A stretch of 64,000 nucleotides of DNA from Thermofilaceae archaeon (GTDB lineage Archaea > Thermoproteota > Thermoprotei > Thermofilales > Thermofilaceae): positions 288,001 through 352,000 of the forward strand of contig JAWCCZ010000001.1 in assembly GCA_038861545.1 (NCBI GenBank), given 5' to 3'. Shown here in pieces: positions 59,840-64,000 of the stretch. The notes below the pieces were generated by a model. The model ran no database searches, was not told the origin of the DNA, and worked only from the letters and a program-made list of their open reading frames with translations. The position numbers and the translations under genes are program-made. Position 1 is the first letter of the stretch; each line of letters starts with the position of its first letter.

Positions 59840-60160
59840 ATGTACCTTAAGACAGCGGTACTTCTCATTATCGGCTGGCTGGTGTCAGGATTCGCTGTAT
59901 GGTTAGCCCTAAAAGTGTTTCCTGGCAAGCAGAAACGTGAAAGTTTCTGTGGAGCCCTGTTAACAGCGCTGATCGGCGCGATTATATTTGGAGCGTTCGC
60001 AGTCGTCGGGATCCCCCTGGGAACATTTATTGCGCTCATCCTTTGGCTCTTCGCACTGAAGAAAATTCAGAACGTGGGCTGGCTAGGTGCCGCCCTCTTA
60101 GCGTTTCTGATTTACATTATTAACGCGCTGCTCAACCTTTTTCTGCCCTCAATACTCTAG
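59840..60160 (+). CDS. Small four-TM membrane protein
   Basis: Hydrophobic ORF with a GWLGA motif and a TATA element upstream. Confidence 0.7.
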   Translation: MYLKTAVLLIIGWLVSGFAVWLALKVFPGKQKRESFCGALLTALIGAIIFGAFAVVGIPLGTFIALILWLFALKKIQNVGWLGAALLAFLIYIINALLNLFLPSIL

Positions 60161-60838
60161 CTGTTAAGCCTGACTAAAATCTCGGCCGCGTCGACCTAAC
60201 TATTGGGATAGCGAGCACTGTGAGTAGGAACAAAAGATTCTTGACAAGACTAGAATCATGCTTCTCTAGTACATAGTCGCTCAAGCCAAGAACATGTGGG
60301 CTGCAATAGTGTCAACGCAATGCCAGCAAGCTTAGGAACGACTCCGTAAATTGTATGATGTAGACGAGAGGGTTTAATGAGAAAAACTCATAAAAAATTG
60401 CTTTTGAGTAGTACGCCATAATAGCCATGTTTCTCAACTTGAAAATAGGACAAACGCCGTGAGGGGTAAGCGTTTGATATAATGCGAAGAATAGGTACTG
60501 GCTTTAAGGAGGCAAAAGGAGTTCAAAGGATAGTACCCCATCAACGAGGCGGCTTCTCTTCGAGAAGGAGAAACATGAGGCCTACAGTCCCTCGCTACGT
60601 AAGCGATAACGAGAGTAATCCCATACGCGAGAGCGACGAGTATCTCACAATACGGATGCCGAAGTCAAGCAATAGGACGCTTCAGAGCTATTTCTCGTTT
60701 CTAGATTTACTATTATATTACTCAAAAGTTTCCAATGTAAATAATAATAGAACAATCCTCTATCTATATTAGGAAATAATTTTCCAAGAGAGGGATAGAT
60801 ATTAACCATAATGCGAAGGGGATTTCATAACATTTGAC

Positions 60839-60990
60839 ATTTATTCATACCTATGCGATTTGGGGTTCAAAAGATCAGAACACCATCTTCTTCACATGGA
60901 GCGTCAGCACTTAAAGGCTTCTTCACCGATCTGGTAGTACGGCCTACATCATTCAATAGTTATAGATCTACAGTGCTATTTATTCATACC
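60839..60990 (+). repeat. 13-bp direct repeat ATTTATTCATACC (two copies) upstream of the GH94 gene
   Basis: Copies at 60839-60851 and 60978-60990, each followed by GCG(A/T)TTTGGG. Confidence 0.55.
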
Positions 60991-61070
60991 GGCGTTTTGG
61001 GAGAACCGGGTTTGTAATTGACACGCGCGTTCACAGCTGCAAACTTTATTAACATTACTTTCTATTATGA

Positions 61071-63548
61071 ATGAAGATCATGCAGTACGGCTATTTTGAT
61101 GATCAGGCGCGTGAGTACGTGATAACGAGGCCGGATATCCCGACGCCTTGGATAAACTATTTGGGTCAGGAGAATTACTTCGCCATGATTTCCAATACTG
61201 CGGGTGGGTACAGCTTCTACAGAGATGCGAGGTATAGGCGCATCACCCGTTATCGTTACAACTCTGTTCCAGCGGATCAGCCGGGGAGATACGTATACAT
61301 GAGGGACGCTGAAACTGGGGAGTACTGGTCTCCTACTTGGCAGCCAGTAAAGCGTACTTTGGATTCATATGAGTGCAGGCACGGTTTAGGGTACTCGAAA
61401 ATAAGTTCAACTTTTCGAGGCATTGAATCGCAAATAACGTATTTCGTACCGCTTAAACAGACGCTAGAGGTTTGGCGACTTAAAGTGGTAAATAAGAGGA
61501 GTAGGCCAGCGGAACTTCAGCTGTTCTCGTATGTGGAATTCTGCTTATGGGACGCCTTAGATGACATGACCAACTTTCAAAGGAATTTTAGCATAGGCGA
61601 AGTTGAAGTAGAGGGTAACGTTATATACCACAAGACGGGTTATAGGGAGCGCCGAAATCATTTCGCTTTCTTCGCTTGCTCAGAGGATTTGGCGGGTTTC
61701 GATACATCCCGAGAGGCTTTCCTCGGACCCTACAGGGGTTTAGAAAACCCAATAGTTGTAGAGGAGGGTAAACCTAGAAACTCTATCGCTCATGGCTGGG
61801 CAGTTATTGGCTCTCACCATTTAACGCTTCAACTCGACTCAGACGAATCGCGTGAGGTGGTGTTCCTTCTCGGTTACGCGGAGAACCCTCCCGGTGAGAA
61901 GTTCGCTGTGCCTAACGTAGTAAATAAGACACATGTAAAAAGGGTGATCAGCGAGTTCCTACAGCTGAGCAGGTTAAATGAAGCTTTAAAAGAGCTGAAT
62001 CAATTTTGGGATAGTCTTCTCTCGAGTATCCAGGTGGATACTCCGGATGTCCACGTTGACAGGATGGTGAACATTTGGAACCAGTACCAGTGCATGGCGA
62101 CGTTTAACTTATCTCGAAGCGCTTCGCTGTACGAGTCGGGCATATCTAGGGGTATAGGTTTTAGGGATTCCAATCAGGATATTCTCGGTTTTGTTCACAT
62201 GATTCCGGATAGAGCACGAGAGCGCATACTGGATCTCGCAGCCACGCAATTACCAGACGGTGGCGCCTACCACCAGTATCAACCCCTTACCAAAAGGGGT
62301 AATAGGGAGATCGGCAGCGGGTTTAACGACGATCCCCTGTGGCTGGTCTTATCTGTAGCAGTCTACATAAAGGAAACGGGCGATTTTTCGATCCTAGATG
62401 AAAAAGTTGTTTACGATAACACTCCCGGTACCGAGCAACCCCTTTACGAGCATCTGGAGAGAGCTTTCAAGTACATTCTTAGCCGGTTGGGACCGCATGG
62501 TTTACCTCTAATAGGTCACGCCGACTGGAACGATTGCCTAAACCTTAACTGCATGTCTACCGTCCCCGAAGAATCTTTCCAAACGGCTCCTGATAGAACC
62601 GACGGTAGAACAGCTGAATCTGTTTTCATCGCGGGACTGTTTACTCTAACTGCTAAAGAGATGGCTAGCATCGCTGAGCGTGTGGGTAAAACTGACGATG
62701 CTGAAAAATACCGCAGGCTAGCCGATGAGATGGCGAAAAGGGTTCTAGAGCACGGCTGGGATGGCGAATGGTTTTTACGCGCTTACGACGCTTTTGGGAA
62801 CAAGGTGGGCTCGAAGGAGTGCGAGGAAGGTCGCATTTACATTGAACCTCAAGGAATTTGCATAATGGCTGGGATAGGCCTAGAAGATGGGAGGGCTATT
62901 AAGGCACTGGATTCGGTGAGAAAGTACCTTGCAACACCTCACGGCATAGTTCTACACCAACCAGCCTATACTCGATATTATGTGCACTTAGGGGAGATCT
63001 CAAGCTATCCGCCTGGATATAAGGAAAATGCGAGTGTATTCTGCCACACGAACCCTTGGATAATGATCGCAGAAACCATTGTTGGGCGCGGTGACTATGC
63101 ATTCGACTACTATAAAAGGATATGCCCCTCAGTGAGGGAAGCGATAAGCCATATTCACCGGTGTGAGCCCTACGTTTACGCGCAAATGATAGCAGGACCC
63201 GACGCACCAACTTATGGTGAGGCTAAAAACTCTTGGTTAACCGGGACCGCTGCCTGGAACTTTGTAGCTGCCACTCAATGGATCCTCGGGATAAGACCGG
63301 GTTACGACGGGTTGGTGGTCGACCCTTGCATACCGAAGGAATGGTCTGGGTTCAAAGTAACACGCGTCTTTCGAGGAGCGAAGTACATTATAGAGGTTAG
63401 GAACGATGAGCACGTAAACCATGGAGTTAAGCAGGTGTTCGTGGATGGGAGGCCGATCGAAGGTAACGTGCTACCCGTTTTTAGCGATGAGGCTACGCAC
63501 CATGTATTAGTGTTAATGGGGCAAACAGCAAAGACTATGTGTAAATAA
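61071..63548 (+). CDS. GH94 cellobiose phosphorylase
   Basis: [69 protein letters not shown]. Confidence 0.9.
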   Translation: MKIMQYGYFDDQAREYVITRPDIPTPWINYLGQENYFAMISNTAGGYSFYRDARYRRITRYRYNSVPADQPGRYVYMRDAETGEYWSPTWQPVKRTLDSYECRHGLGYSKISSTFRGIESQITYFVPLKQTLEVWRLKVVNKRSRPAELQLFSYVEFCLWDALDDMTNFQRNFSIGEVEVEGNVIYHKTGYRERRNHFAFFACSEDLAGFDTSREAFLGPYRGLENPIVVEEGKPRNSIAHGWAVIGSHHLTLQLDSDESREVVFLLGYAENPPGEKFAVPNVVNKTHVKRVISEFLQLSRLNEALKELNQFWDSLLSSIQVDTPDVHVDRMVNIWNQYQCMATFNLSRSASLYESGISRGIGFRDSNQDILGFVHMIPDRARERILDLAATQLPDGGAYHQYQPLTKRGNREIGSGFNDDPLWLVLSVAVYIKETGDFSILDEKVVYDNTPGTEQPLYEHLERAFKYILSRLGPHGLPLIGHADWNDCLNLNCMSTVPEESFQTAPDRTDGRTAESVFIAGLFTLTAKEMASIAERVGKTDDAEKYRRLADEMAKRVLEHGWDGEWFLRAYDAFGNKVGSKECEEGRIYIEPQGICIMAGIGLEDGRAIKALDSVRKYLATPHGIVLHQPAYTRYYVHLGEISSYPPGYKENASVFCHTNPWIMIAETIVGRGDYAFDYYKRICPSVREAISHIHRCEPYVYAQMIAGPDAPTYGEAKNSWLTGTAAWNFVAATQWILGIRPGYDGLVVDPCIPKEWSGFKVTRVFRGAKYIIEVRNDEHVNHGVKQVFVDGRPIEGNVLPVFSDEATHHVLVLMGQTAKTMCK

Positions 63549-63663
63549 TTAGTAAGAGCGGAATTCCATCAGACTATTAATTTTCATCATTTTTTCAGAT
63601 AAGAAATCTTTTCTCCTGGTCTTGCTGTAGAAAAACTTTAATGCATGTTTTTCAATAATCCCT

Positions 63664-64000
63664 ATGTCAGTTGAAGCGTACAACGGCTTAGTTCGGCTGC
63701 GCACTGCCGCGGCCTTGAGCGTTATAGCTTCGCTTTTCGGGCTGTTGTCTCAAGCTGTCGGGTTTTCTTTATCAGGGTCAGCAGCGCTCGGAGAATTGTT
63801 TCCAGCGGTTGCTATGCTTATGGCAGTAGGAGTTTTAATGATTATTTTAGGTATTGCTACATGGGTTCTAAAAGTGATGGGTTGGGGTAGCTTATGTAAG
63901 GCTCGGTTGCGAAAGTTTTACTGTCTAACAAGGCTTATCGTGCTTGGAGCCCCTATTGTCGGTGTGATTCTCATCATAGCTGGAGTTTTAACCACATTTA
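63664..64000 (+). CDS. Membrane protein (DUF973-like), truncated by the window end
   Basis: ATG at 63664 after a TATA element; MSVEAYNGLVRLRTAAALSVI... hydrophobic and open to the window end. Confidence 0.6.
   Translation, partial: MSVEAYNGLVRLRTAAALSVIASLFGLLSQAVGFSLSGSAALGELFPAVAMLMAVGVLMIILGIATWVLKVMGWGSLCKARLRKFYCLTRLIVLGAPIVGVILIIAGVLTTF

Noticed and set aside
60482-60772. 96-aa plus-strand ORF
   Set aside because: No recognisable motifs and atypical composition; probably spurious.

Overview
Gene-dense archaeal chromosomal window. TATA/BRE-type promoters, many leaderless or overlapping genes and the gene content suggest a thermophilic Thermoproteota, probably Thermofilaceae-like; this assignment is an inference. 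It carries an amino-acid fermentation cluster (ornithine cyclodeaminase, fused ADP-forming acyl-CoA synthetase, four-subunit 2-oxoacid:ferredoxin oxidoreductase, aminotransferase) and a DtxR-feoAB iron operon. Carbohydrate enzymes are scattered through the window (GH2, GH148-like, GH3, GH20, GH4, GH94, an SGNH esterase and a fuculokinase-like kinase). Also present are a glycosylasparaginase/deacetylase/ATP-grasp-HAD operon, a NitT/TauT ABC transporter, surface proteins, two pseudogenes, at least one probable C/D-box sRNA and a CBS-HPF ribosome-hibernation-factor candidate. The best candidate for an undescribed system is a tightly coupled operon of an APC permease, a metallophosphoesterase and a Pol-beta-type nucleotidyltransferase, located next to a non-pyrrolysine MttB methyltransferase. 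I recognised no rRNA, tRNA, CRISPR array or intact mobile element.
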